Source of the DNA: Nitrospirota bacterium
GTDB taxonomy: Bacteria > Nitrospirota > Thermodesulfovibrionia > Thermodesulfovibrionales > SM23-35
Direction of reading: 5' to 3'
NCBI GenBank assembly: GCA_013388435.1
Contig: JACAFE010000030.1
Span: 65,974-129,973 of the forward strand
Length of the DNA stretch: 64,000 nucleotides
Below the pieces are notes generated by a model. The model worked only from the letters and a program-made list of their open reading frames with translations. It was not told the DNA's origin and did not search any database. A program made the position numbers and the translations under genes. This document shows, piece by piece, positions 1 through 11,304 of the stretch. Position 1 is the first letter of the stretch; every line of letters begins with the position of its first letter.

Positions 1-8
1 ACTTATAA

Positions 9-260
9 AGAAAAGAGCCTCACTATGACAACACCACGATTTATCTGAATAAACAAATTAAAATCACTTTAGGGAACGAAGTTATAAGCAGTGATGCAGA
101 AGTTGAGAAAACAGGTATGGAAATAGCAATAAAATATGAGATTAAAAATGGAATAATCCCAGAAGACGGCTCCTTAAAGAATTTAGGGTTAGACAACCGT
201 TTAAAATATAAACATGATAAAGTAAGATATATAAAAGTCAAAGCATACAAAGAAATATGA
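9..260 (+). pseudogene. Truncated remnant resembling the C-terminal restriction-endonuclease-like DUF3883 domain
   Basis: The frame opens right after a TAA at 6-8 and ends with TGA at 258-260. The translation ...EKTGMEIAIKYEIKNGIIPEDGSLKNLGLDNRLKYKHDKVRYIKVKAYKEI follows the pattern E..yE...G..p.....G.D.......RyIeVKa that I associate with DUF3883, but it stops right after the VKA motif. It is not in the supplied ORF track because it is short. Confidence 0.3.
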
Positions 261-478
261 TAAAGAATCCATCTATCCTCAAAAAACTTGAAGATGATTT
301 CAGTAAAAACGAAGGTCCTCTGCCCTACAACAAGTCATTAAAGATTTTAGAGTACATGTTGAAAGAAGCGATTGATCTAAAAGCATGGCTATCCAAAGAC
401 CCTTTGGAAGGAATAGAAGTTGATATAAAGATTGCTAAAATTCTAAACTCATGTTTGAAGAAATCATCTCAAAAATAG
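257..478 (+). CDS. Small hypothetical protein (73 aa), overlapping the downstream nucleotidyltransferase-fold gene
   Basis: ATG at 257 overlaps the stop of the upstream remnant (ATGA). Its 3' end overlaps the next ORF by 28 nt, suggesting a two-gene unit. I recognise no family motif. Confidence 0.4.
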   Translation: MIKNPSILKKLEDDFSKNEGPLPYNKSLKILEYMLKEAIDLKAWLSKDPLEGIEVDIKIAKILNSCLKKSSQK

Positions 479-1008
479 CTTCGAAACTCAAAGACCATAA
501 CATACCTTATATGATAATAGATGGTCAGGCTGTTCTACTTTATGGCGAGCCAAGACTTACGAGGGACATTGATATAACCCTTGGCGTCAATATTGATTCT
601 CTTGAGGAAATCCTTTCTATTGTGAACGAACTTTCACTAAAACCTGTTCCACAGGATGTAAAGTCCTTTGTTAGTCAGACAATGGTATTACCAGTATTAG
701 ACGAACCTTCTGGCATACGCATTGACTTTATCTTCTCATTTACTCCTTATGAGACAGAAGCGATAAAGCGAGCAAGAACTATATCTTTAATGGGGAAAGA
801 AGTAGCTTTTGCTTCTCCTGAAGATGTCATAATACACAAGATATTTGCGGGTAGGCCACGAGACTTAGAAGATGCAAGAACTATTATTCTTAAAAACCCG
901 AATATCGATATCAGATATATAGAGAACTGGTTAAAAGAGTTCGATTCTTCAATTAGCGATAAAGATTTCTTGAAAACATTTCAAGCTGTTTTTAAAAAAG
1001 CACTATAA
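451..1008 (+). CDS. Small nucleotidyltransferase-fold protein (AbiEii / DUF2204-like)
   Basis: 185 aa. The N-terminal IIDGQAVLLYGEPRLTRDIDITL resembles the G-x(9-13)-DxD signature of minimal nucleotidyltransferases, and the size and layout fit that family. Confidence 0.5.
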   Translation: MFEEIISKIASKLKDHNIPYMIIDGQAVLLYGEPRLTRDIDITLGVNIDSLEEILSIVNELSLKPVPQDVKSFVSQTMVLPVLDEPSGIRIDFIFSFTPYETEAIKRARTISLMGKEVAFASPEDVIIHKIFAGRPRDLEDARTIILKNPNIDIRYIENWLKEFDSSISDKDFLKTFQAVFKKAL

Positions 1009-1205
1009 CTAATTTGATGCAGTTAGTCATGCAACCTATAGTGATTATTTAAAAAAGGAAAGCTGAAATTGATAGATTTAGGAGCACTTACCTATTGAGA
1101 AGAAAAATCTTTTGACCAAGAAGTGTAGTAAAGATGATAGAAAGTAACAGTAGATTTTTAAGGAGGTGAGATCAACGAATATTACTGGAGGAATTATAAA
1201 AGAAC

Positions 1206-2417
1206 CTATTTTGGCTTAACTTTCATAAATTTTCTTTTTCCGACTTTGAAAAGATATTCTCCTTTTCTAAGCTTACCCTCAGGGTCGTTATACTTAACTT
1301 CATTTACCGTTACCCCGCCCTGTTTTATTAATCTGAGAGATTCACTTGTGCTTGATGTAAGTCCAGCCAATTTCATAATCTTTGGAACCCACATATTCTC
1401 TTCATCCCACGAAATATAAATTTCGGGTATGTCATCTGGCAACCCTTTTTTTCTGAATATCTGTTCAAATTCCTCTTTTGCCTTTAAAGCTTCTTCCCTG
1501 CCCCAATATCTTTCGACTATTTCCAGTGCAAGAGCTTCCTTTGCTTTTTTCGGATGAATAGTTCCATTCTTAATACCTTCTTTTAAAGCCCTGAATTCAT
1601 CAATAGATATTCTGCTAAGCAATTCATAATATCTGACCATCAGTTCATCAGTAATTGACATGAGCTTTCCATACATATCTTTTGGTGGTTCATCAATGCC
1701 TATATAATTTCCGAGACTCTTTGACATCTTATTTATTCCATCAAGGCCTTCAAGCAAAGGCATAAGCACAACGGTTTGTTCTTCTAATCCCATCTTTCTT
1801 TGCATGGTTCTTCCCATAAGAATATTGAATTTCTGGTCAGTTCCACCAAGCTCAAAATCAGCTTTCAAATATACGGAGTCATATGCCTGAAACAATGGAT
1901 AGTAAAATTCGAGAATACTAATATCCTGATGGTTTTCAAATCTTTTCTTAAAGTCTTCGCGTTCAAGCATTCTTGCCACTGTTTGCATCGAACCAAGTCT
2001 GACAAAATCCATGATATCCATTTTAGAAAACCACTCGCTGTTAAACATTACTCTGGTTTTTTCGGGATCAAGGATTTTAAAAACCTGTCTTTTATAAGTT
2101 TCGGCATTCCTTAAGACATCTTCTCTTGTCAGGGGCTTTCTTGTCTCGGATCTGCCGGTCGGATCTCCTATCATACCTGTAAAATCGCCAATAAGAAAGA
2201 TAACTTCATGTCCCATATCCTGAAATTGCCGCATTTTCTCGAGCAAAACAGTATGACCGAGATGAATATCAGGAGCTGTTGGATCAAAACCTGTTTTTAT
2301 GCGCAAAGGTCTTTTTTCATCATAAGACTTCTGAAGCTTTTTCAGAAGTTCATCTTCAACAATAACTTCTACAGCGCCTCTTTTTATTATTTCAACCTGT
2401 TTTTTGGGTTCGAGCAT
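1206..2417 (-). CDS. tyrS: Tyrosine--tRNA ligase
   Basis: 403 aa. HIGH-type motif (PDIHLGH), KMSKS loop (KMSKSLGN) and a C-terminal S4-like RNA-binding domain. Confidence 0.95.
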   Translation of the reverse strand: MLEPKKQVEIIKRGAVEVIVEDELLKKLQKSYDEKRPLRIKTGFDPTAPDIHLGHTVLLEKMRQFQDMGHEVIFLIGDFTGMIGDPTGRSETRKPLTREDVLRNAETYKRQVFKILDPEKTRVMFNSEWFSKMDIMDFVRLGSMQTVARMLEREDFKKRFENHQDISILEFYYPLFQAYDSVYLKADFELGGTDQKFNILMGRTMQRKMGLEEQTVVLMPLLEGLDGINKMSKSLGNYIGIDEPPKDMYGKLMSITDELMVRYYELLSRISIDEFRALKEGIKNGTIHPKKAKEALALEIVERYWGREEALKAKEEFEQIFRKKGLPDDIPEIYISWDEENMWVPKIMKLAGLTSSTSESLRLIKQGGVTVNEVKYNDPEGKLRKGEYLFKVGKRKFMKVKPK

Positions 2418-2515
2418 AGAGTATATCTTAATATTTTATTTTAGTTTCAGTCAATAAATAGAGCAGCATTTATTTGCCATTATTCTGATTACAAGTATCA
2501 GGAGCTATAAAAACA

Positions 2516-4491
<1,976 letters not shown>

Positions 4492-4542
4492 TTAATTATG
4501 CCAGATAAACCAAAAAAATGCTTTTCAGGATTTATCTATTGT

Positions 4543-5298
4543 CTATTTTAAAACCCTCTTTTTCATCAGCCTGAAAGGATATGGAGCAAGAATTATTACT
4601 GCTGCTATAATCCAGAGAATATCCCATAAACAGCAATCAATATTTCCTGCAGCAAATCCACGACATATATTTACGAGATGATATAGTGGTGTAAAAAAGG
4701 CAATCTTCTGAACAATTGAGGGAAGATTTTCGAGAGGGAAAAATATTCCAGAAAAGAGAAACATCGGGGTCATAAAAAGAGTGTAGAAATAATTGAAAGA
4801 GTCTATACCCGGAACAATAGCAACAAAAATTACAGATATCTCAGCAAAGATCACTCCTGTAACAAAAAGAAAAGGTATAACTAAAATTATAAGTGGAGAT
4901 TTTACGAGTCCGAACAATGAAATTACGATTATGATGGTTGTCCCATAAATAATGCTTTTGGTTGCTCCCCACATAAGTTCACCGGCTATAAGGTCATAAA
5001 TAGTTACAGGTGTTGCAAGAATAGCATCGAATGTTTTTTGATAAGTCATTCTGACATATGTTCCATAAGTGCATTCATAAATTGCAGCAAACATAGAAGA
5101 CGATGCAATTATTCCCGGGGCTATAAATTGTATGTACGGCAAACCGTTTATTTCACGAACAAAAGCACCGAGTCCCAAACCCATTGCTGTCAAATACAGA
5201 ACTGGTTCTATAAAATTTAACGCAAAACTTGATTTATAAAGTTTTGTATAAACAGTAAAATTTCTCTGCCAGACTCTTAAAGCACGTCTTAATTTCAT
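4543..5298 (-). CDS. ABC-2 type transporter permease
   Basis: 251 aa with six predicted TM segments. It overlaps the upstream ATPase gene by 4 nt (operon). Confidence 0.8.
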   Translation of the reverse strand: MKLRRALRVWQRNFTVYTKLYKSSFALNFIEPVLYLTAMGLGLGAFVREINGLPYIQFIAPGIIASSSMFAAIYECTYGTYVRMTYQKTFDAILATPVTIYDLIAGELMWGATKSIIYGTTIIIVISLFGLVKSPLIILVIPFLFVTGVIFAEISVIFVAIVPGIDSFNYFYTLFMTPMFLFSGIFFPLENLPSIVQKIAFFTPLYHLVNICRGFAAGNIDCCLWDILWIIAAVIILAPYPFRLMKKRVLK

Positions 5299-6050
5299 AT
5301 TGTTCTCTCAATAAGTGGTTTCCCCGTAAGTTTTAAATAAACATCCTCGAGATGTCCTCCGTGTATTTCCATAAGTTTTACCGGCGTATCAATTGTTATT
5401 ATTCTCCCTGAATCCATAATTGCAACTCTATCGCATAATCTCTCTGCCTCTTCCATATAATGTGTTGTAAGAATTAGTGTTGTATTTTTTGATTTCAGAT
5501 AATTTAGCTTTTCCCATACAGCTCTACGACTGTGCGGATCAAGACCTGTTGTTGGTTCATCGAGAATTAATAGCTCTGGATTATTTATAAGAGACCGGGC
5601 TAATACTAATCTTCTTTTCATCCCGCCGGAAAGATCTGTAATTTTCGTACTTGCTCTGTCTTTCAAATCAACAAAATCAAGGAGTTCCATTGCAACAGGG
5701 AAAGATTTCTTCTTTGGCATATCAAAATATCTTGCATAAACAATAAGATTTTCCAGAACAGAAAGATCAGGATCAAGATTATCTTCCTGTGGCATCACTC
5801 CGGTTCTGGCTTTTATCAAGCTTGAAGATTCTTTAACATCAAGACCAAAAACCCTAACCTCGCCAGAATCCGGTGGCAAAAAACAGTAAATGATTTTCAT
5901 TACCGTGGTCTTCCCTGCCCCATTTGGACCTAAAAAACCAAAACATTCACCTCTATAAATTTCAAAATTTATTGAATTAACAGCTTTGATGCTACCATAA
6001 TTTTTTGTAAGTTCTTTTGCAGTTATAATATTCATAAAATAGTCTGTCAT
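5295..6050 (-). CDS. ABC transporter ATP-binding protein (ABC-2 exporter type)
   Basis: Walker A GPNGAGKT, signature LSGGMKRR, Walker B LILDEPT. The true start may be the internal MNIITAK. Confidence 0.9.
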   Translation of the reverse strand: MTDYFMNIITAKELTKNYGSIKAVNSINFEIYRGECFGFLGPNGAGKTTVMKIIYCFLPPDSGEVRVFGLDVKESSSLIKARTGVMPQEDNLDPDLSVLENLIVYARYFDMPKKKSFPVAMELLDFVDLKDRASTKITDLSGGMKRRLVLARSLINNPELLILDEPTTGLDPHSRRAVWEKLNYLKSKNTTLILTTHYMEEAERLCDRVAIMDSGRIITIDTPVKLMEIHGGHLEDVYLKLTGKPLIERTI

Positions 6051-6153
6051 TTATAAAATAAATATTTCAAGCAATATAAACAAAAATAATGCAACAAACA
6101 ATATCATAATGTGATATTATTGATTTATATAATCAATAAGGAGGGCTGAGAAA

Positions 6154-6717
6154 ATGTTTAAACGTAATTTATTAATAATCTTTTTTATGTTTTTTTGCTC
6201 AACACTTTTATTTTTTCACTTCTCTACAAAATGTCATGCAATAACCAGAGAAGAGATAAATGCAAGTGTAAATGCAGCAATGGATCGTTTCAAACAACAA
6301 ATAAAAGGCGGAACCAATTATTTGAAAGGCGCTAAAGGAGTGCTGGTAATACCAAATATTACAAAAGCAGGGTTTATCATTGGAGGCAAGTATGGTCAGG
6401 GAGCATTATTAATTGGGAACTCACCTGTTGAATATTACAGCATTGCAGAAGGCTCTATTGGCTGGCAAATTGGAGCAGTTAAATATGATATGATTATCCT
6501 TTTTATGACAGAAGATGTCTTAAATAAATTCAGAAAAAGCGAAGGGTGGGAAGCAGGTGTTGACGCTGAAGTCACACTTATTGATGTTGGAACTGAAGTT
6601 TCTGTCGAAACACTTCGAAGCCAACATCCTATTGCCGGATTTATTTTTGATCAGAAGGGTTTGATGGGAGGCGTTTCAATAAAAGGAGCTAAATTTAGCA
6701 GAATTACCCCGGATTAG
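6154..6717 (+). CDS. Secreted SYLF / Ysc84-like (DUF500) domain protein
   Basis: N-terminal signal-like hydrophobic segment. The glycine-rich core (GGKYGQGALL...GSIGWQIGA...GWEAGVDAEV...GLMGGVSIKGAKF) matches my memory of the SYLF lipid-binding domain. Confidence 0.55.
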   Translation: MFKRNLLIIFFMFFCSTLLFFHFSTKCHAITREEINASVNAAMDRFKQQIKGGTNYLKGAKGVLVIPNITKAGFIIGGKYGQGALLIGNSPVEYYSIAEGSIGWQIGAVKYDMIILFMTEDVLNKFRKSEGWEAGVDAEVTLIDVGTEVSVETLRSQHPIAGFIFDQKGLMGGVSIKGAKFSRITPD

Positions 6718-6909
6718 TGAGTAAATCATAATATCTGATTTAATTAGCTTTGTGAAACATATTGAATAATTATGTAAAAAATATAATATAGCCCTCTGCT
6801 ATTTTCTGGGTCTCAACAGGAAATAGGGAAAAAACTTCTAAAGGACAATTTTTTTTGAAATATCTGACATCGAATCTGATAATGTATTTTCAGGGTTAAT
6901 AACCCGGAA

Positions 6910-8808
6910 TTATTTTTCAAACAAAGGAAGATATACTCTAAAAGTTGTTCCTTTACCTAAAATACTATCTACATCTATATATCCTTTATGTTCTTTTATT
7001 ATCCTGTAAACTATTGCGAGACCGAGACCAGTGCCTTTGTTAACTTCTTTTGTTGTGAAAAAAGGCTCAAATATTCTTGATTTTATTTCTTCGTTCATAC
7101 CAATACCTGTATCTGAAACAGAGATTACTACAAATTTACTGGTTTCCGAACATTCAAAACTATTTATAAAACTATTGTCTTTTTCCTCAATATTTAATTC
7201 TATTATTAATCTTCCTCCATCAGGCATTGCATCACGAGCATTTACTGCAAGATTCATCAGAACCTGTTCTAATAAATCAGGATCACCATTTACTATTAAT
7301 TCTTTATATTGGCTCAAAGATGGCCTGAATATAATTTCAAGACTAATTTTAACACCAATAAGTGTTGACAATATATTTTCAGATTTTTTTATTAAGTTAT
7401 AAATATTGATGGGTCTTATATTTAATTCCTGTTTTTTTCCAAATGCAATTAAGTTGCGGGTCAATCCTGCTATTTTTTCCGAAGACAATATAATTTGATT
7501 TACATACTTAAATAGCGGGTTATTTTTGTTTATTTTCATTTTCAATATTTGAGCATATGTTGTCATTGCAGCAAGATAATTATTTATTTCATGTGCGACT
7601 GTACTTGCAAATTGTCCAAGGGCTTCCATTTTTTGAGCATGAAAAAGCTGCTCTTCGAGCTTCTTTTTCTCAGTTCTATCCAGCATAGTTACTATCGCAG
7701 AAACAATGTTTCCTGATATATCTTTTAAAGGATAGTATTTTGTCTCAACATATAATTGATTCTTATTATCTCCATGATAATGACAATCAGCAGCATGGGA
7801 AGTTCCCATATTGAATATATGATTAACCCCGCATAAAATCCCTGTCTCATAACAAGGCAGAGAAAGTTTGTGAAAGACTTCATAACATTTTTTCCCAATC
7901 ACTGTTTCAGAATTCATTCCAAACTGTTTATAAAAAGCTCTGTTTGCAGAAATTATTTTATAATCTCTGTCAATAACAACAAATCCTTCATCAACAGCTT
8001 CAAGTATATTTTTTATAAATTCTTCTGAAACTTTTTTTTCTGTTATATCCTCTATCAATCCGTCATAAGCAAAAAGTTCTCCGTTTGCGTCATGTCTTGG
8101 GATTGGTATATTCCGAACCCATCTCACGGAACCATCCTTACGCACAATTCTGTATTCAAATGGTTCAACTAAATCTCTACATAACATTCTGTTTAAGTTT
8201 TCTATAAATATCTGTTTATCATCTTTATAAATTATTTCGTAGTAAAGTAAAGGATTAGAATAATATTCTTCTAATGAATACCCGGTGACATATATGCATC
8301 CGTATGAATGTTGAATAATAAAAGGATAATTATTTCTTATTTCTAATGTATAAATATAATTCGCTGTATTTTTTAGCGAATTGTTAAATTCTTTATCAAA
8401 TGCAAACGAACCATTTTCTATCTTGTTTGGAATAGTTTTTCTCTGTGAAAGAGCATTTTTTACATTTACTACAAGATCCTTTGCTTTAAATGGTTTAATA
8501 ATAAAAGCAAGCGGGCCTGTTTCTGAAGCTATCTCCAATAGATCATCTTCAGTATTAGCAGTAAGGAAAATTATCGGAACTTCGTAGGATTGTTTAATTT
8601 TTTCCGCAGCTTTTATCCCGTCTATATCGCCTTCGAGTTTTATATCCATTAGTATAAGATCAGGCTTTAAAATCTTTGTTGCAGAAATAGCAGCTTCACC
8701 ACCTGATACAACTATTGGTACATTAAAACCTGTATTTTGAAGGATATTTTTTATAATATTTGCTACTTCCCTGTCATCTTCAACAACAAGAATTTTTGCA
8801 TTTTCCAT
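6910..8808 (-). CDS. Hybrid sensor protein: receiver - PAS - PAS - HisKA - HATPase
   Basis: REC domain (ILVVEDD...LILMDIKL), two PAS-like segments, H-box STVAHEINN, and N/G boxes [23 protein letters not shown] prefer the start at ATG 8808 ([12 protein letters not shown], preceded by AAAGGGG) over the tracked 8889. Confidence 0.85.
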   Translation of the reverse strand: MENAKILVVEDDREVANIIKNILQNTGFNVPIVVSGGEAAISATKILKPDLILMDIKLEGDIDGIKAAEKIKQSYEVPIIFLTANTEDDLLEIASETGPLAFIIKPFKAKDLVVNVKNALSQRKTIPNKIENGSFAFDKEFNNSLKNTANYIYTLEIRNNYPFIIQHSYGCIYVTGYSLEEYYSNPLLYYEIIYKDDKQIFIENLNRMLCRDLVEPFEYRIVRKDGSVRWVRNIPIPRHDANGELFAYDGLIEDITEKKVSEEFIKNILEAVDEGFVVIDRDYKIISANRAFYKQFGMNSETVIGKKCYEVFHKLSLPCYETGILCGVNHIFNMGTSHAADCHYHGDNKNQLYVETKYYPLKDISGNIVSAIVTMLDRTEKKKLEEQLFHAQKMEALGQFASTVAHEINNYLAAMTTYAQILKMKINKNNPLFKYVNQIILSSEKIAGLTRNLIAFGKKQELNIRPINIYNLIKKSENILSTLIGVKISLEIIFRPSLSQYKELIVNGDPDLLEQVLMNLAVNARDAMPDGGRLIIELNIEEKDNSFINSFECSETSKFVVISVSDTGIGMNEEIKSRIFEPFFTTKEVNKGTGLGLAIVYRIIKEHKGYIDVDSILGKGTTFRVYLPLFEK

Positions 8809-9001
8809 AAAAACCCCTTTTACGTTAAACAATGGAAATTTAAATATTCCTTTAAACAAATATATCAAATAATTTTTTTTTGTCAACAAATTTTATGCTA
8901 ATGCTAAATTATTAAAGATATATAATTGTTAGGTCTATATAAATTGCTTCAGAAAATATATCTTTGATTCTACAGATATCCTGAATCAGTATAATAAGTA
9001 T

Positions 9002-10255
9002 ATGGATGATTTCAGGATAAACACTCAGAATCCCAATATTTTGACCGTTATAAAACCTCTCGGCAAGCCAATATCTTTAAAAGCCGGAGAATTAATTAAA
9101 GCTGAGATATTAGATATTCTTGCTTCAGGTGCGATAACATTAAAAATAGAGGGCAGCACACTTACCGCTAAGACCGATATACCGATTAAAAATAATACTG
9201 AAGCTATTTTTAGAGTTCTTGGTGCCAACAAAGAAGGCACTGAATTGAAATTGCAATTTATCGGGTATGAAAAAGAGGAAATACCTTCACAAAAAATAAT
9301 CCCTTTGGACAATCGGGCGTTAAATAGAATTATTCAGGATATTGGAAAATTATCTTACAGGAATAATATTTCTTCCCAAAAATATCTTGAATTACTCGAA
9401 CATTTTATAAAGGAATTGCCCGATAACATGGAGAATCTGCCTTCGGACACAAAATCGCATGTTCAGGAAATACTCAAACAAAGTCTTATTTCAACTGGCA
9501 AGAACATTATCACAAGACTTTCAGAGTTGCTACAGCAATTGCCTGATAATCTTACCTTTAAAGAATCATTTTTAAAAATTTTCGAACTTTACAGAAAAAA
9601 TATGGCTATTAATATTGAAAAATTCGATTACCAAAATCTTAAGAATTCTATACAAAATACAGGCGTAATTCTTGAAGCAAAATTAAAATCAATGATTTCT
9701 ATTTTGAATAAAATCGTACAATCCGAGATTTCAAAACAAAATATTGACCTGTCAGAAATAAAACTTGATCTAAAGACACAATTACTTCAATTGAAAAATT
9801 TACTAATATCTGAGAATAAGGAAGAATCCATAGAGCTTGTAAATAGTCTTATTAAAGATATTGAGACTTACCAGGTTCTGTCCAAAACAACGGACTCTTT
9901 CTACACTTTTATACCAGTTTTTTGGGATAAGCTAATAAAGAGCGATATTAAATTCAAAAAGAACGAAAAAGATGACTCGAAAAATTCTTTTTCCTGCCGG
10001 ATAGATCTTGACCTTGAAGAAAAAGGCATTTTGAACATTTTGGTTTTAATGAATAATAAATCCTTCATTATTTATTTTAGAGCGGAAAATAATTTATTTT
10101 TAAAACAGCTGCGCTCCTATATTAATGAACTCGACAAACGATTTAAAGAAGCGGGCTTAACTCTTAAGAGCACCGTTCTAATTGATAATAAATCCTCTGT
10201 TTCGGAATTAGATAAAATTGGTAATTTTGAGGGAAAAATAAATATAAAGATATGA
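9002..10255 (+). CDS. FliK-like (flagellar hook-length control-like) protein
   Basis: 417 aa. The C-terminal segment (RIDLDLEEKGILNILVLMNN...FRAEN...L...GLTLKS) follows the FliK C-terminal domain pattern. It sits directly upstream of, and overlaps (ATGA), an FlhB-C-like gene, which is a common pairing. Confidence 0.4.
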   Translation: MDDFRINTQNPNILTVIKPLGKPISLKAGELIKAEILDILASGAITLKIEGSTLTAKTDIPIKNNTEAIFRVLGANKEGTELKLQFIGYEKEEIPSQKIIPLDNRALNRIIQDIGKLSYRNNISSQKYLELLEHFIKELPDNMENLPSDTKSHVQEILKQSLISTGKNIITRLSELLQQLPDNLTFKESFLKIFELYRKNMAINIEKFDYQNLKNSIQNTGVILEAKLKSMISILNKIVQSEISKQNIDLSEIKLDLKTQLLQLKNLLISENKEESIELVNSLIKDIETYQVLSKTTDSFYTFIPVFWDKLIKSDIKFKKNEKDDSKNSFSCRIDLDLEEKGILNILVLMNNKSFIIYFRAENNLFLKQLRSYINELDKRFKEAGLTLKSTVLIDNKSSVSELDKIGNFEGKINIKI

Positions 10256-10536
10256 AAAACCGTCGAAAAAAAGCTGCTGCATTAAGTTATGAATACTATA
10301 AAGATTCTGCTCCGAAGATTATCGCAAAAGGAACAGATTCTTTAGCTGAAAAAATAATCCAGATAGCAAGGGAAAACAATATCCCTATCAAGGAAGATGT
10401 AAAACTTGTTGAAGTGCTTTCAACGCTCGAGTTATACCAGGAAATTCCGTCAGAACTATACAGGGCTGTCGCAGAAATTCTTGCTTTTATTTATTGGGTG
10501 ACAGAAGGGAACAAACAGGAATTTATGTTAAAATAA
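10252..10536 (+). CDS. FlhB C-terminal domain-like protein (EscU/YscU/HrcU family switch-domain paralog)
   Basis: 94 aa. KAAALSYEYYKDSAPKIIAKGTDSLAEKIIQIARENNIPIKEDVKLVEVL...EIPSELYRAVAEILAFIY is the typical stand-alone FlhB C-terminal module. Confidence 0.75.
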   Translation: MKNRRKKAAALSYEYYKDSAPKIIAKGTDSLAEKIIQIARENNIPIKEDVKLVEVLSTLELYQEIPSELYRAVAEILAFIYWVTEGNKQEFMLK

Positions 10537-10555
10537 TAACAAAAAGAGGTTATCA

Positions 10556-11287
10556 ATGTTTAATTTAAGAAATTTATTAAAAAACTTTAATTTATTGAAT
10601 ATTATTTTAATAATCGCCTGCTTTTATTTTGCAAATTATATAGTATTGCCGATGCTTTCATTAAAAACCTCTTATACATTGCCGTCAACAAAATATATTG
10701 AAAAAAATGATTCTAACAAGCCTACTGAAAACTTTAAAATCCCTTCAATGTCAGATTATATTTTGATTTCTGAAAATAATGCTTTTCATCCTGAACGCAA
10801 GATACCGGTTGAGAAAAAAGCTGAAGAACAACCCGCACCTCCGCCTAAACCAGAATTAGTACTCTATGGAACACTTATTTCTGATGATGTCAGTTACGCT
10901 TATATTGAAGATCTAAAAGCCATTAAAAATACACCCGGCAGAGGCAGGCGGCAGATAACTTTGAAAAAAGGAGACAGTCTTGGTGGTTTTGTTCTTAAAG
11001 AAATTGAGGCTGATAAAATCACTATGTTAAGAGGGGATGAAAAAATAATAGTTGAGGTAAGAAATACTCAAAGATCAAAAACATCCCAAGCATCTGTTTC
11101 TACAACTTCTGCCAAACAGCAGACAACTTCAACTCCTCCGAGAAGATTGGTGCCGCAAACACCTCCTGCATCTTCTAATGTAAATACTTCACACAACGAG
11201 CCTTCAAGTAAAGCATTTATAAACCCACCAAGAAATGCTGAAGAACAGGCTATTTTTAATTTTTTTGACAAATCAAAAAAGGACTAA
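10556..11287 (+). CDS. Membrane-anchored protein with a GspC/PilP-like core and a Ser/Thr/Pro-rich tail
   Basis: 243 aa with an N-terminal TM anchor. The segment LVLYGTLISDD..YAYIED....ITLKKGDSLGGFVLKEIEADKITMLRGDEKIIV resembles T2SS GspC/PilP N-domains. The C-terminal 70 aa are rich in S/T/P/Q. Confidence 0.45.
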   Translation: MFNLRNLLKNFNLLNIILIIACFYFANYIVLPMLSLKTSYTLPSTKYIEKNDSNKPTENFKIPSMSDYILISENNAFHPERKIPVEKKAEEQPAPPPKPELVLYGTLISDDVSYAYIEDLKAIKNTPGRGRRQITLKKGDSLGGFVLKEIEADKITMLRGDEKIIVEVRNTQRSKTSQASVSTTSAKQQTTSTPPRRLVPQTPPASSNVNTSHNEPSSKAFINPPRNAEEQAIFNFFDKSKKD

Positions 11288-11304
11288 CAATACTTGCAGG
11301 TATT

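Noticed and set aside
1800-2444. Plus-strand ORFs of 104 and 78 aa overlapping tyrS
   Set aside because: They are antisense to tyrS with no motifs. The same reasoning applies to 2530-2811, 3671-4157, 5038-5220, 7031-7402, 8381-8587, 23509-23906 and 26394-26849.
2418-2515. T-box leader upstream of tyrS
   Set aside because: Only about 100 nt of AT-rich spacer are available, with no specifier-loop or T-box sequence that I can recognise.
8809-8889. 27-codon N-terminal extension of the hybrid sensor kinase
   Set aside because: The extension (MLTKKNYLIYLFKGIF...) precedes a canonical receiver-domain start [12 protein letters not shown], which has its own purine-rich RBS.
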